Under the pieces are notes generated by a model. The model had not been told where the DNA came from. It ran no database searches and was given only the letters and a program-made list of their open reading frames with translations. A stretch of 64,000 nt of DNA, taken from contig NC_068986.1 in NCBI RefSeq assembly GCF_001194135.2, positions 5,055,492-5,119,491 on the forward strand. Reading direction: 5' to 3'. The translations under genes and the position numbers were made by a program. Positions 13,480 to 25,436 of the stretch are shown here, in pieces. Each line of letters starts with the position of its first letter. Positions within the stretch are counted from its first letter, which is position 1. This DNA is from Octopus bimaculoides (Eukaryota).

Positions 13480-13778
13480 CCCCTTCAATCATGAATGACC
13501 ATGGGATTGCACCTAGAAAGTTCCCTTTGAGGCACAAACCTGGGCAAGGTTGGTTTTATGGAAGGCCAGCAGTCGCCCATGCATACTAGCCTCCCCCTCT
13601 CCATGCCACTGATGTTATCCAAAGGAAAGGCAAAGGCTGATACGGCTTGGCACCAGTGACATTGCAACTGACTTCTACAGCTGAGTGAACTGGAGCAATA
13701 TGAGATAAAGTGTCTTGCTCACACAGCCTGGTCTGGGAATCGAACACCCTAACCACTAAGCCTTGTGCCTTCATGGTA
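13480..13778 (-). mobile_element. tRNA-derived SINE with cttgagcaagacactt...ccagt(t/c)cactcagctg central domain (copy on + at 24458-24737)
   Basis: Clear homology between the two loci; CORE/V-like central motif. Confidence 0.75.
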
Positions 13779-13897
13779 TTAGGAATAGCATCCAGTTATA
13801 GAAACAAAGCTAAAGTAGACATTGGAGATCGAAGCAGTCCTACGGTTATTAGGATCCTGCCTATCTGTTCAACCTTTGCAAACATGGAAAACATTAA

Positions 13898-14490
13898 ATG
13901 ATGATGATGACAATGACAACAACGACAACGGAGGTGGTGGCGGCGGCGGCGACGGCGGTGGCGGCGGCGGCGGCGGCGGCGGTGGCNNNNNNNNNNNNNN
14001 NNNNNNNNNNNNNNNNNNNNNNNNNNNNNNNNNNNNNNNNNNNNNNNNNNNNNNNNNNNNNNNNNNNNNNNNNNNNNNNNNNNNNNNNNNNNNNNNNNNN
14101 NNNNNNNNNNNNNNNNNNNNNNNNNNNNNNNNNNNNNNNNNNNNNNNNNNNNNNNNNNNNNNNNNNNNNNNNNNNNNNNNNNNNNNNNNNNNNNNNNNNN
14201 NNNNNNNNNNNNNNNNNNNNNNNNNNNNNNNNNNNNNNNNNNNNNNNNNNNNNNNNNNNNNNNNNNNNNNNNNNNNNNNNNNNNNNNNNNNNNNNNNNNN
14301 NNNNNNNNNNNNNNNNNNNNNNNNNNNNNNNNNNNNNNNNNNNNNNNNNNNNNNNNNNNNNNNNNNNNNNNNNNNNNNNNNNNNGTCATGGTGGTGGTGG
14401 TGGTGGCAATGACAATGACAACGACAACGATGATGATGATGATGATGATGATGAGACAATGGAGATGGTGGTGATGATGATGATGACGAG
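13898..14490. repeat. (GAT)/(GAC)/(GGC)/(GGT) trinucleotide tract spanning an assembly gap (13987-14383)
   Basis: Read directly. Confidence 0.85.
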
Positions 14491-15934
14491 GTATCTCAGG
14501 CTTGTAAGGTTTCCATCAACCAAATTCACTCACAAGAACTCAGTCAGCCCCAATCAATAGTAGAAGATGCTTGTCCAAAGTGTCAAACATTGTGACTGAA
14601 CTCAGAACTACATGGCTATTAAGTGAACTTCTCAACATACTCAACAGTTTCTAAGTTCCAGAACTGTGTTTACTCTGCCAGTGCAACAACCCTTAATACA
14701 TATATCTTCCTTTCAAAGAAGTTTTATATATTTCTTGTGTAACTGACAAACCCATGCCAGGACCACATTAAGTGCACCTGTGCCAGTGCCATCTTAAAGA
14801 GCATCCATGTCGGCACCTCATAAAAAAGCACCCATACCAGTACCACATAAGAGGCATCTGCACTAGTGCCACATAAAAAGCACCCTTACTGGTGCTTTGT
14901 AAAAGGCACCCTGTTCACCCTGCATCCAGTTGTAGAAACCATACCAAAGCAGACAACTGGAGCCTGATGCAGCCCTCTGGCTTGCCAGCACCTTTCTCTC
15001 ATTGTTTACATATTTCACTCATTTTTCCCTCGTTTGTTTATGTACGTATTTCATGTTATATGCACGATTGGTGACATCCTGTACCCATAAATGCATGTAT
15101 ATATATATATATATATATATNNNNNNNNNNNNNNNNNNNNNNNNNNNNNNNNNNNNNNNNNNNNNNNNNNNNNNNNNNNNNNNNNNNNNNNNNNNNNNNN
15201 NNNNNNNNNNNNNNNNNNNNNNNNNNNNNNNNNNNNNNNNNNNNNNNNNNNNNNNNNNNNNNNNNNNNNNNNNNNNNNNNNNNNNNNNNNNNNNNNNNNN
15301 NNNNNNNNNNNNNNNNNNNNNNNNNNNNNNNNNNNNNNNNNNNNNNNNNNNNNNNNNNNNNNNNNNNNNNNNNNNNNNNNNNNNNNNNNNNNNNNNNNNN
15401 NNNNNNNNNNNNNNNNNNNNNNNNNNNNNNNNNNNNNNNNNNNNNNNNNNNNNNNNNNNNNNNNNNNNNNNNNNNNNNNNNNNNNNNNNNNNNNNNNNNN
15501 NNNNNNNNNNNNNNNNNNNNNNNNNNNNNNNNNNNNNNNNNNNNNNNNNNNNNNNNNNNNNNNNNNNNNNNNNNNNNNNNNNNNNNNNNNNNNNNNNNNN
15601 NNNNNNNNNNNNNNNNNNNNNNNNNNNNNNNNNNNNNNNNNNNNNNNNNNNNNNNNNNNNNNNNNNNNNNNNNNNNNNNNNNNNNNNNNNNNNNNNNNNN
15701 NNNNNNNNNNNNNNNNNNNNNNNNNNNNNNNNNNNNNNNNNNNNNNNNNNNNNNNNNNNNNNNNNNNNNNNNNNNNNNNNNNNNNNNNNNNNNNNNNNNN
15801 NNNNNNNNNNNNNNNNNNNNNNNNNNNNNNNNNNNNNNNNNNNNNNNNNNNNNNNNNNNNNNNNNNNNNNNNNNNNNNNNNNNNNNNNNNNNNNNNNNNN
15901 NNNNNNNNNNNNNNNNNNNNNNNNNNNNNNNNNN

Positions 15935-15973
<39 letters not shown>

Positions 15974-16193
15974 AAATATGGGGTCTAGTTTACAGGTAAT
16001 CTAAACGACTAGGTATGCTGGGTAAGTGATGTATCGGATTACCAGGGCTCCAAGGTTATAGCCAAGATGGAAGTTATGGAACCATTGTAGATTTGTGACA
16101 TAGCGGATAAAAAATTGTTAAAGAGGACAACAAACGTTAAGGCAAAACAAACATCTCAAGTCATATACATTATTATTATTGGAAAAGTTTACA

Positions 16194-16249
16194 GTCTTAC
16201 AGCTGTTTATGCCATATCCCAGAGTATGGGATATTCCGTCATCGGAGAC
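16194..16249 (-). ncRNA. Degenerate minimal type-I hammerhead-ribozyme-like motif
   Basis: GUCU CCGAUGA C GGAAUAUCCCA UACUC UGGGAUAU GGCAU AAAC AGCU GUA AGAC; core is mutated. Confidence 0.45.
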
Positions 16250-16525
16250 AAATAGGGTATAGATTAATGAAACTATGACATAGAGGACAGGAGAAAAGTA
16301 ATAATGTAGCTATATAATGCTATTTGAAAACCTGGAACCACCTATATTATAATTGTTATTATTATCAATTACTTATATTCACCACAGATAATATTAACAA
16401 AGATAATATCTTTCTTCGAGTGTTTACATTTGAATTTTACTCATAAATATATCTGCACTGAAGTGGGCTGATTCAGAACGCTGATGACTGTTCAACGTGA
16501 CAGATTTAGAATTTTTCATCAGTGG

Positions 16526-16582
16526 TTCATGCTGATGAAGGTTGAGGCCCACAGGCCAGAACCCAAAACCATGGTATATGAA
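16526..16582 (+). ncRNA. Minimal type-I hammerhead-ribozyme-like motif (G12 mutated)
   Basis: UUCAUG CUGAUGA A GGUU GA GGCC CACA GGCC AG AACC C AAAA C CAUG GUA UAUGAA; 6-bp stem I and palindromic stem III. Confidence 0.55.
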
Positions 16583-16814
16583 TATCCAAATAACATAATC
16601 TTTAATGGTATGTTTTTAATAGTTTAATTCTTTAACCATTTGCTTGCCTACTGTTGTCTCCGTAATATTTCAGTGATTTCAGTAATGGATTTGGGATTTT
16701 GACTCCTATTTCTAAACAGGTTGATGCCTTGTGCAACCTTAAGCTTAGTGCTAATTTTTAATTTTAATGTATAGTTATATAATGCTATTTAAAAACCTGA
16801 AACCACCTATATTT

Positions 16815-17045
16815 ACTTCCTTATTGCCCACAGGGGGCTAAATGTAGAGGGGACAAACAAGGACAGACAAAGGAATTAAGTCAATTACATCGACCCAGTG
16901 AGTAACTGGTACTTACTTAATTGACCCCAAAAGGATGAAAGGCAAAGTTGACCATGGCAGAATTTGAACTCAGAACATAACGGCAGATGAAATACGGCTA
17001 AGCATTTTGCCTGGCATGCTAACGATTCTGCCAGCTCGCCACTGG
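16815..17045 (-). mobile_element. tRNA-derived SINE (family also at about 35045-35190, 42530-42710, 54210-54420, 58440-58610, 61385-61610)
   Basis: actggtactta(c/t)tt..t(c/t)gacccc.aaaggatgaaaggcaaagt(c/t)gacc...gaatttgaactcagaac with reverse B box. Confidence 0.8.
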
Positions 17046-18511
17046 TTTCTTGCACAACTGTCAACTCTAAAGAGCACAGTGTTATATAATTGGGCTGTTA
17101 CCTGACATCCTGTTGAACCTCCAGTGTGAAACCACTGGTAAGAACAGTTATAATGGATATATAATGCTGTACAGTTTGATTAATAATGATGATATACATA
17201 TATATAGAGAGAGAGAGAGAGACGGGGGGGGGACAGACAGACAAACTAATATAAACTCTTCAATAACAATTAAAATACTGTAGTTCATTATTTAGTGATA
17301 TAATGATGTTCAATAATGAATAAATTGCTAGTTTTGTATTTATCGATATTCTAACTGTATAGGAAATAAAATATCAAATACTTCAATATTAAAACTTTGC
17401 TTCATTTTTATAAAAATTAGTAACAAATTGCTATTAATTAATTACTTTAATTTTCACCTAATTATGCTTAAAATCAATTTTTAAGAATGCATTGGTTATG
17501 AAGGGGAATGATTTGAAGTAGCTAATTAATTTCAAAAATAAATTACAAATAAATACAATTATAAAGTAATTGTTCTTTGCACATACTAACTATATTAATA
17601 GGTGTATTAGAATAATGAAATTGAGTTACAAACTACGTTTTTATTCCATCAAGTGATTTCTAAGTTTTGTTGAAATCAGGTGAATCTTCCTAGTTCTCCC
17701 GTATATTACTTTAAATGACCATCACCGGAAAGGAACCAACTAGTGAGTTACCTTCATTGCAACACATGTTTTTATCTAATAAGACACTATCACCAGGCCA
17801 ATAAAAGCAGCATCAAAAGATTTAGTAATGTTACAATTTCCATGAAATGTCACAAAATATTAGAATGAGGTGAGTGAATTAGTAAAATCAGTAGATTATC
17901 AAACAAAATTCCTTGTGGTATTTAATTATGCCTCTTGATGCTCTGAATTCAAATCTTGTTAGTCAAACATGCATTCTAGTGTTGATAAAATAAAAACCAG
18001 AGAGAAACTGGGGTGGGAGGAGATAATCTATCTTGATTAACAATACTTTCCCTAAAAATGTGAGTTTATTCATGTGTTTATTAGAAACCAAGATTGGAAT
18101 AACTTACAGTACTGAATTTCAGCTTATACTAACACGAGTTAGACAAGTGTATTTTAACCAAGATCCATATAGCCCTTAAGAGTCACAACCACTTTTTAGG
18201 GGCCACATGAAAAAAATGAAGAAATTTGGAAGTCACAGAAGTTTCTGGTGGTGAGATGAATGACACACAAATTTACTCCAGAAGTATGATCACTTTATGT
18301 TTTTTTTTTTAATTATTTCTTGTTGTGTCTGGAGAAAGGGAGATTGCTCATGACCTTAGCAGGCCTTCCAACACTGGTGAGTTTGATGTTATTAAATGTT
18401 CCATTTAAAATATTGCTGGCCAACACCTGCAGAAAACAAATGAGCAGGGAGAAGATTAAAGAGAAATAATGTTCTGGGGAAAAAAGACTAGACATAATGG
18501 GAAGTGTGGGG

Positions 18512-18540
18512 TTAGGGTTAGGGTTAGGGTTAGGGTTAGG
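18512..18540 (+). repeat. Interstitial telomere-type repeat (TTAGGG)4 TTAGG
   Basis: Read directly from the sequence. Confidence 0.9.
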
Positions 18541-19377
18541 AGGAGGGAGATGCACCAAGAAAGACAACAGGTGAAAAGATGTATGGGGTGGAGTACCTGG
18601 ATGGTGGAGGTACAAAACCAGCCAGCTCTAAGAAACAGAGGCCACTATGGTGAGAGGGGAGACGGCCGGTATGTGTGTGCATGGGCATACATATATGCAA
18701 ATGTGCTTGTATCCTGTATTTTGCTTGTCATCACATTAGCAAAGTAGTGCTGATGTTGACATTTTTTGTGGACAACATGATCAGCTATTCTGCACTTTTG
18801 AAAAACTTGTAGAATATATAATTCCTGATCTGAAACATGGGTGAGGCATGGCAACAGGAAGAGCATCCAGCCATAAAATTCTGTTCAAAATTAATTTCTG
18901 TGCAAGCCATGTTGGTATAGAAAACAGACGTTAAATAAACAAAGGAATGACAACAAGCGGATATCAATAACTNNNNNNNNNNNNNNNNNNNNNNNNNNNN
19001 NNNNNNNNNNNNNNNNNNNNNNNNNNNNNNNNNNNNNNNNNNNNNNNNNNNNNNNNNNNNNNNNNNNNNNNNNNNNNNNNNNNNNNNNNNNNNNNNNNNN
19101 NNNNNNNNNNNNNNNNNNNNNNNNNNNNNNNNNNNNNNNNNNNNNNNNNNNNNNNNNNNNNNNNNNNNNNNNNNNNNNNNNNNNNNNNNNNNNNNNNNNN
19201 NNNNNNNNNNNNNNNNNNNNNNNNNNNNNNNNNNNNNNNNNNNNNNNNNNNNNNNNNNNNNNNNNNNNNNNNNNNNNNNNNNNNNNNNNNNNNNNNNNNN
19301 NNNNNNNNNNNNNNNNNNNNNNNNNNNNNNNNNNNNNNNNNNNNNNNNGTATATATGTATATATATGTATGTGTATA

Positions 19378-19580
19378 TGTTGTGTATCTGTGTTTGTCCC
19401 CCCAACATCGCTTGACAACCGATGCTGGTGTGCTTAGGTCCCTGTAACTTAGCGGTTCGGCAAAAAGAGACCGATAGAATAAGTACTAAGCTTACAAAGA
19501 ATAAGTCCTGGGGTCGATTTGATTCGACTAAAGGCGGTGCTCCAGCATGGCCGCAGTCAAATGACTGAAACAAGTAAAGG
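19378..19580 (+). mobile_element. 3' half of the abundant tRNA-SINE (ccttgggcaagt family); 5' half in the gap
   Basis: gtccccc.aacatcgcttgacaaccgatgctggtg...gtgctccagcatggccgcagtcaaatgactgaaacaagtaaa. Confidence 0.85.
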
Positions 19581-20117
19581 AATATATATATATATATATA
19601 TAGTGATATAGTGATGATGCATATATAAAGTTAGCAGGTCTTTCAGAAACATAAATATTTGTAGAGCATCAATGTATCATGTTACTGATACATCAATAAT
19701 TCCCTGTTGATGTATCAGTAACAATAACCTTGACAAATAATTACTACCACCACTATCTATTATCACTTTATGAAGTATGTAATGAAGACTATGATAGCTG
19801 TGGGAAGCTATGGCAATGATCTGTTTATTTATCTATGCAAATACATTCAACAACTATACATTTGTCTGCATGTGTATATGTTGTTGCTGTTGTTTAACTG
19901 AAGGTGAGTCCTATACAATAAAACCCATGAACAAAAGCATTTCAACATTGCCCATCCCTTTTTATTTTCAGACACAGTGTACCTAAAATTACATTATTCA
20001 ATGTGTTCTTTCCGATTTAAAGATTTAGTTCTATTTGTAGCCGAGCTACAAAGTAGAGGCTCTTCATTATTTCATGAAATAATGAAGAGCCTATACATAC
20101 ATACATACATACATACA

Positions 20118-20560
20118 TGATGGCCATCCACTCGTGACCGAGGAAGACCATTGCCGATCTTCAGGAACATTGTGCGCTCTCGGACTAACTTATATTTTGC
20201 ATTTGTGGCTCCGTTGGTGGCTAATGAACCCTGCTCTTGATAAGCATACACGACTGCAAACATTACAGATTAAGCTTCCCCCATTCACTATACAAGCCGT
20301 GCGCTTTCGCGCAGCTCGCTTAAGTTCTTCATGCTGGATACGTGCTCTCTCAAAAGTGTCGATCCCCTCTTTAACCTGCTTCCTCCATCTGTGGCGATGA
20401 CAGGTATTGTTCTCCCAGTCAGTGTCCTGCATATCACAGGCCTTTTATGAGGACTTGACAAAGTCCTTAAAGCGCAGCCTTGGTTTCTGCTGGAGTCTCC
20501 TTCCATTCATAAGTTCTCCATAAAGCATCTGCTTAGGAATCCTGCTATCCTTCATTCTCC
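20118..20560 (-). mobile_element. RTE (BovB-like) LINE 3' end with C2H2-like zinc finger
   Basis: RMKDSRIPKQMLYGELMNGRRLQQKPRLRFKDFVKSS*KACDMQDTDW...LICNVCSRVCLSRAGFISHQRSH; a single stop; flanked on both sides by (TACA)n. Confidence 0.88.
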
Positions 20561-23500
20561 ATACATACATACATACGTACGTACGTATTTATGTATTTGT
20601 AGCAATGTATTTTATACTTTGCTGAGTGTTGAAGAAGGGGTTGTGCTTATGTCTTTTGCAAGTCCTCATTCCTCTTGAATCTATGTCTGTCAATACTTGC
20701 AAGGAAAACGTGAACTGAAAAGAAGATCAAGATGACCAATATTCTGGGAAGGACAGACTAGGCATAGTAATTAGTGAAGGGTTGGACACATGGGTGATGA
20801 GAGGAGGAAAACAGAATGGGACAGGAGCTTCTAAATGAAAATGGCAGGAGTCCAGACAGCTCCAAAGAGCAGAAGCCATTATAATAGTGGTAGAAAAGAA
20901 AAACAGAGGAAACAATGCACCTGTGGGCCAGAAGCTGATCATAAGCGGGACTTTATGCCAATCAGGTGGGTGGTCATTTTCTGGATCCAAGCTAGGATGT
21001 CTATGTGTGCAGCAGCAGTATCATCTCAGATGTGAGAACAACACTCCATTACAGATCTCAGCAATAACTGTTGGAGACTGACTTATCTTCTGGCCCAGAA
21101 GAGAAGGGCTAAGTTAATGATGTGCTTTTACCAAGAGAGATCCTTATTGATAGTGAACGCTATAAATGAGGGTTTTAGTTAAGTGCTGCACATGATTAAA
21201 AGGAAGAGTGCAAGGTCCTTTCTTCAAAAGAGTAGCATTAATGCTTTCTTGCAAGATGAGCCTCGAGTTCATAGCTGCTTATGTAAACCATTTACTCATG
21301 CTGTACATCTAATCCCTTCCTGTGTAATCAGTAAATACAAGGCCACTATATAGTTTCTACTGAATATTATAGTCTTTGCTGAATAGTATTTTTTGCAAAG
21401 TCCCACTTGTGGGGGTTTTTTTTATTTTTTGACTCAGACTCACTATTGCAAATTTTAATCTTCTTTGCAGTTCTCATGAGTACTCAGTCATTTTGTTATT
21501 GTGAAGGCCTAGATAGAAAAGCAAGGACGTGACGGTAGAACCCTGATAGATATGTTCATTTACATATCTATATGCATGCTTTTGAAATCTCTGTTCATGA
21601 AACCAGTGTGGATTGGACATGTGATGTTAGATTTGTAAATGGCTGTTCAGGGACTCTTAGGGAAGAAAAGGGGGTTGTGTCAGCTGCATAAAAGTGGCTG
21701 CTGTTGGCCAAAGCAGCAAGTAAGTCATTGAAGCATAAAAGGAAATGAGTGGAGTACAAAAACTAACCAGTGAACCATGCCAGATTTGACAGAATAAAGA
21801 ATAAAAGGAGAGAAAGAGCTCTGTCAGTACATATGAGAATAGGTCTATTGTATTTACTTGTGTTTGATATGAGAAATTTGATACAGAAACATCAAGGTCA
21901 AGAATCAAACATGGTGGGTAGCATTATACTCAAGTGCAAAAGAAGAAAGATAAGAGATTAAAATATATTAATGAGATATGAAATGTTGAGGTCACACTAT
22001 ACTTGACATTGTACTCAAGTAAATTCAGTACCTGTGTCCATAACAATGACGATGGAAGGAAAATAATAGAAAAAGAAATGGAAAGCAATAACAACTGGAT
22101 ACAAATTTAAACACTTTTATTAAATAATCATTTAAGTTCTGAATTTAGAAAACTTTGGTCAGTTAGACTTGTCTTTTTCAACATACATGAAATAATATTT
22201 GTTTTTTTTTCCTCTTTTTGGTCAGGTCTTGAATATTTAGACATCCCAGAAGTTGTTAAATTTAGTAGTAGATATTTCCACCATTCACATGGGATGCCAT
22301 AGTTTGATTCTTCATGAATGGGAATGACCGTTCTAATGGAGGTATTTCAGCATGGTCACAGCACACGGTCAGGAACCATGGAAAGGTAAAACAGTCTTCA
22401 AGTTAAATCAACAACACCATAATCTTATATACAACAATCTTTAAATATATCCAGCAGTAAAGAGATATTGTAGCTCAAATGTAGCTTTAAGCCATCCTGT
22501 TTCCTATTACATGAGTGGATTGCAAGGTTATCAAACCCTTCTTAATACAATACAGCAAAAGAATATTTTGCAGCTGCAGGTCAGCCCTGACTGAGTGGAA
22601 ACAGTCAAAAGTAATCCAGTCATTACCACATGGTTGTATATCTAAGACCACCTCATACAATATATCATTCTTTGTCAAGATGATAGAATATTATTTGACA
22701 AAATTTGGTTGTTATTTCATGTAGGGTGAAGTAATGTGTAGAGGCTCCATCTTCCAAATCCTTTCAAAAGAAAAAAAAAAAAAGTAATTTAAAGATTTCA
22801 AAAACCTTTCATTTTTAAAAATTATTCAAATTTAATTTCATATGATGAGAAGATTAATATATATAGGATCACCAACATCATCATCCCCATTTAACGCTCC
22901 TTTTCCATGCTGGCATGGGTTGGACATTTCAACAGGAGCTGGCAAGCCAGAGGACTGTGTTAAGCTCCAACATCTGTTTTGACATGGCTTCTACAGCTAG
23001 ACGCCCTTCTTAATGTCACTCACTTTACAGAGCATATTGAGTGCTTTTTCATGGCACTGGCATTACTGAGGTCACCAAGTAACTCATGAGACTAGATTCC
23101 TCAACAGAGGGGCAGTGCAGTATTGAGGAAGATGTTTTTGTGCTAGGTGTTGAGAGGCTAAAGTATTATAGAGGAGCAGGAACAGGTGTCTTAGTGTGAG
23201 GGAAATACAACCCTTACTAGCAGGAAAGGATAGGGGAAATCAGATGCATTATCCTCAAGGTATAAGGTGGACAAAGATAGAATAGGGACAGAGAATTGAG
23301 GGTGGCTGGATGAGTGGGTTCACAAGAATGACAGAGGGTCAGAGATGGGATTACACATGAATGCAGTGAATGGGGTAGATGGGTGGAGTGGAGTCAGTTG
23401 TGAATCTCAGTTTGAGGGGGGTGAGATAAAGGAAAATGGGAATAGGTGGAGGGGGTTGTAAGAGGTAGTATATAAAGTGGGGGGGGGGTAGAGAGCAACA

Positions 23501-23919
23501 GTATGATAAAGCCATAGGTAAATAAGAAATAGGAAGATGATACAAAGTGCAGGGGTGAATGAGGGATGCAGTGACAAGACTAAAGATTCATAGGGATAGA
23601 CAGTGAGTGACAAAGAAGGGTGGCAAGGATGCCAATGGCTGATATGAAAAGCTTGTTCAGAGGGGAAAATAAAATAGTAAGTGATGATGTTAAAAATGCA
23701 GATAAGAGACAAGAGAATTGGTTCCAAGGAGTTGGATAACTGGCAGCATAAAAGGGGAATGAAATATGTGCAGTTCTGCTCTTATATAGTGCCATTTAGA
23801 AGGGTCAAGGAGAGAAGGTGTTAGAAAGAGGAGTCATGAGGAAGGTTTGACAGGTTCAGATTAGGTGTTGGAGCATAGACATAAACAATATGCATGTAGG
23901 ACCTCATTTTTATTGAGAT

Positions 23920-24312
23920 ACTCTTTTACTCTTTTACTTGTTTCAATAATTTGACTGTGGCCATGCTGGAGCACCGCCTTTAGTCGAGCAAATCGACCCC
24001 AGGACTTATACTTTGTAAGCCTAGTACTTATTCCATCGGCCTCTTTTGCCGAACCGCTAATTGACGGGGACATAAGCACACCAGCATCGGTTGTCAAGCA
24101 ATGCTAGGGGGACAAACACACACACACAAACACACATATACATCTACATACATATATACGACAGGCTTCTTTCAGTTTCTGTCTACCAAATCCACTCACA
24201 AGGCTTTGGTCGGCCTGAGGTTATAATAGAAGACACTTGCCCAAGGTGCCACGTAGTGGGACTGAACCCGGAACCATGTGGTTGGTAAGCAAGCTACTTA
24301 CCACACAGCCAC
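23920..24312 (-). mobile_element. Full-length abundant tRNA-SINE (ccttgggcaagt family)
   Basis: Head gagcaggagtggctgtgtggtaagtagcttgc...gggttcagtccc, CORE-like gcaccttgggcaagtgtctt, 3' gactgaaacaagtaaaag-like end. Confidence 0.88.
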
Positions 24313-24398
24313 TCCTGCTCTTTCCAATATATATGGATGTGTATGTCTCTCTTTCTCTCTCTCTCTCTNNNNNNNNNNNNNNNNNNNNNNNNNNNNNN

Positions 24399-24435
<37 letters not shown>

Positions 24436-24777
24436 GAGAGAGAGAGAGAGAGAGAGAGAGTGGTTAAAGCATCAGGCTCACAATCATGAGGCTGTGTGTT
24501 GTGTTCTTGAGCAAGACACTTCATTTCACATTGCTCCAGTTCACTCAGCTGTAGAAATGAGTTGCAATGTCAGTAGTGCCAAGCTGTATCAGCCTTTGCT
24601 TTGGATAACATTGGTGGTGTGGAGAGGAGGGGCTGGAATGCATGGGCGACTGCTGGTCTTCCACAAACAACCTTGCTTGGACTTGTGCCTCAGAGGGGAA
24701 CTTTCTAGGCGCAACCACATGGTCATTCATGAGTGAAGGGGGTCCTCTATATATGCACATAGACACGTGTGTGTGTA

Positions 24778-24809
<32 letters not shown>

Positions 24810-25287
24810 GGTGCGTGTGAGTGTGCGTGTGCATGCAAGTGTGTGTGCATGTAAGAGTGTGCGTGTGTGTGTGTGTGTGCGCGCGTGCGTGCGTGTGCAT
24901 ACAATTGAAAGGTTCCTTTGTATCTATCTTTCACCAATTGACAACATGTGTTGGTTTGTTTGTTTATGTCCCTGTAGCTTAGCAAATCAGCAAAAGAGAC
25001 ACTGATTGAATAAGAACCAGACTTATAATTAAGTACTGTGGTTGATTTTGATTGATGACACTATTCATGGAAGTGCTCCAGTATAGCCACAGTGAAATGA
25101 CTGAAACAAGTAAAAAAGTAAACAAAATAGACACAACAAAAAAATACAAATAATAAAAATTACAGAATGATTGACTACCTTCATTTGAAATATAATTTAT
25201 GTTGACTGCTTTTGATCTTTATGATCTGGAACAAGTTGTATATTCTGAAATTAAATTTGAAAATATAACTGTCAAAAGAACTATAAA

Positions 25288-25422
25288 CTATTTGACTTTA
25301 TTAACTTGATGTCTCATATTTATACACAGAATTCGAAGAGCAGTATCAGTAACCTTCACAGGTCCTCTGAGATTGGTAAAATCAATGCAGAGGTCATGAT
25401 ACTTTGATCTGTTCTTAAATGT
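25288..25422 (-). CDS. Candidate PIGA terminal exon B: TFKNRSKYHDLCIDFTNLRGPVKVTDTALRILCINMRHQVNKVK*
   Basis: tttcatctcatag acceptor, phase 0. DLCIDFTNLRG resembles the mammalian tail DVAIDATGPRG, but KNRSKYHDLC also resembles the Penelope GIY-YIG C-terminus and the exon abuts that remnant. Confidence 0.35.
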   Translation of the reverse strand, partial: TFKNRSKYHDLCIDFTNLRGPVKVTDTALRILCINMRHQVNKVK

Positions 25423-25436
25423 CTATGAGATGAAAG

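Noticed and set aside
15002-15999. Long ORFs (up to 328 aa) spanning N runs, also at 6601-7214, 13796-14560 and 18785-19573
   Set aside because: Artefacts of assembly gaps translated as X.
16425-16602. Minus-strand open frame DYVIWIFIYHGFGFWPVGLNLHQH... as an exon
   Set aside because: Weak acceptor, no recognisable family, and it is the antisense of hammerhead-like motif C.
17093-17147. Fifth hammerhead-like string (ctgttac ctgacat...gaaac cactg gta agaacag)
   Set aside because: CUGANGA core is not matched and no stem II can be formed; too degenerate to call.
18645-18866. 73-aa minus-strand ORF with an AG acceptor-like site
   Set aside because: Begins inside a SINE remnant and ends in low-complexity sequence; no family similarity recognised.
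22138-22350. About 70-codon minus-strand open frame (RTVIPIHEESNYGIPCEWWKY...)
   Set aside because: No recognisable domain, phase does not fit PIGA, and no partner exons were found.
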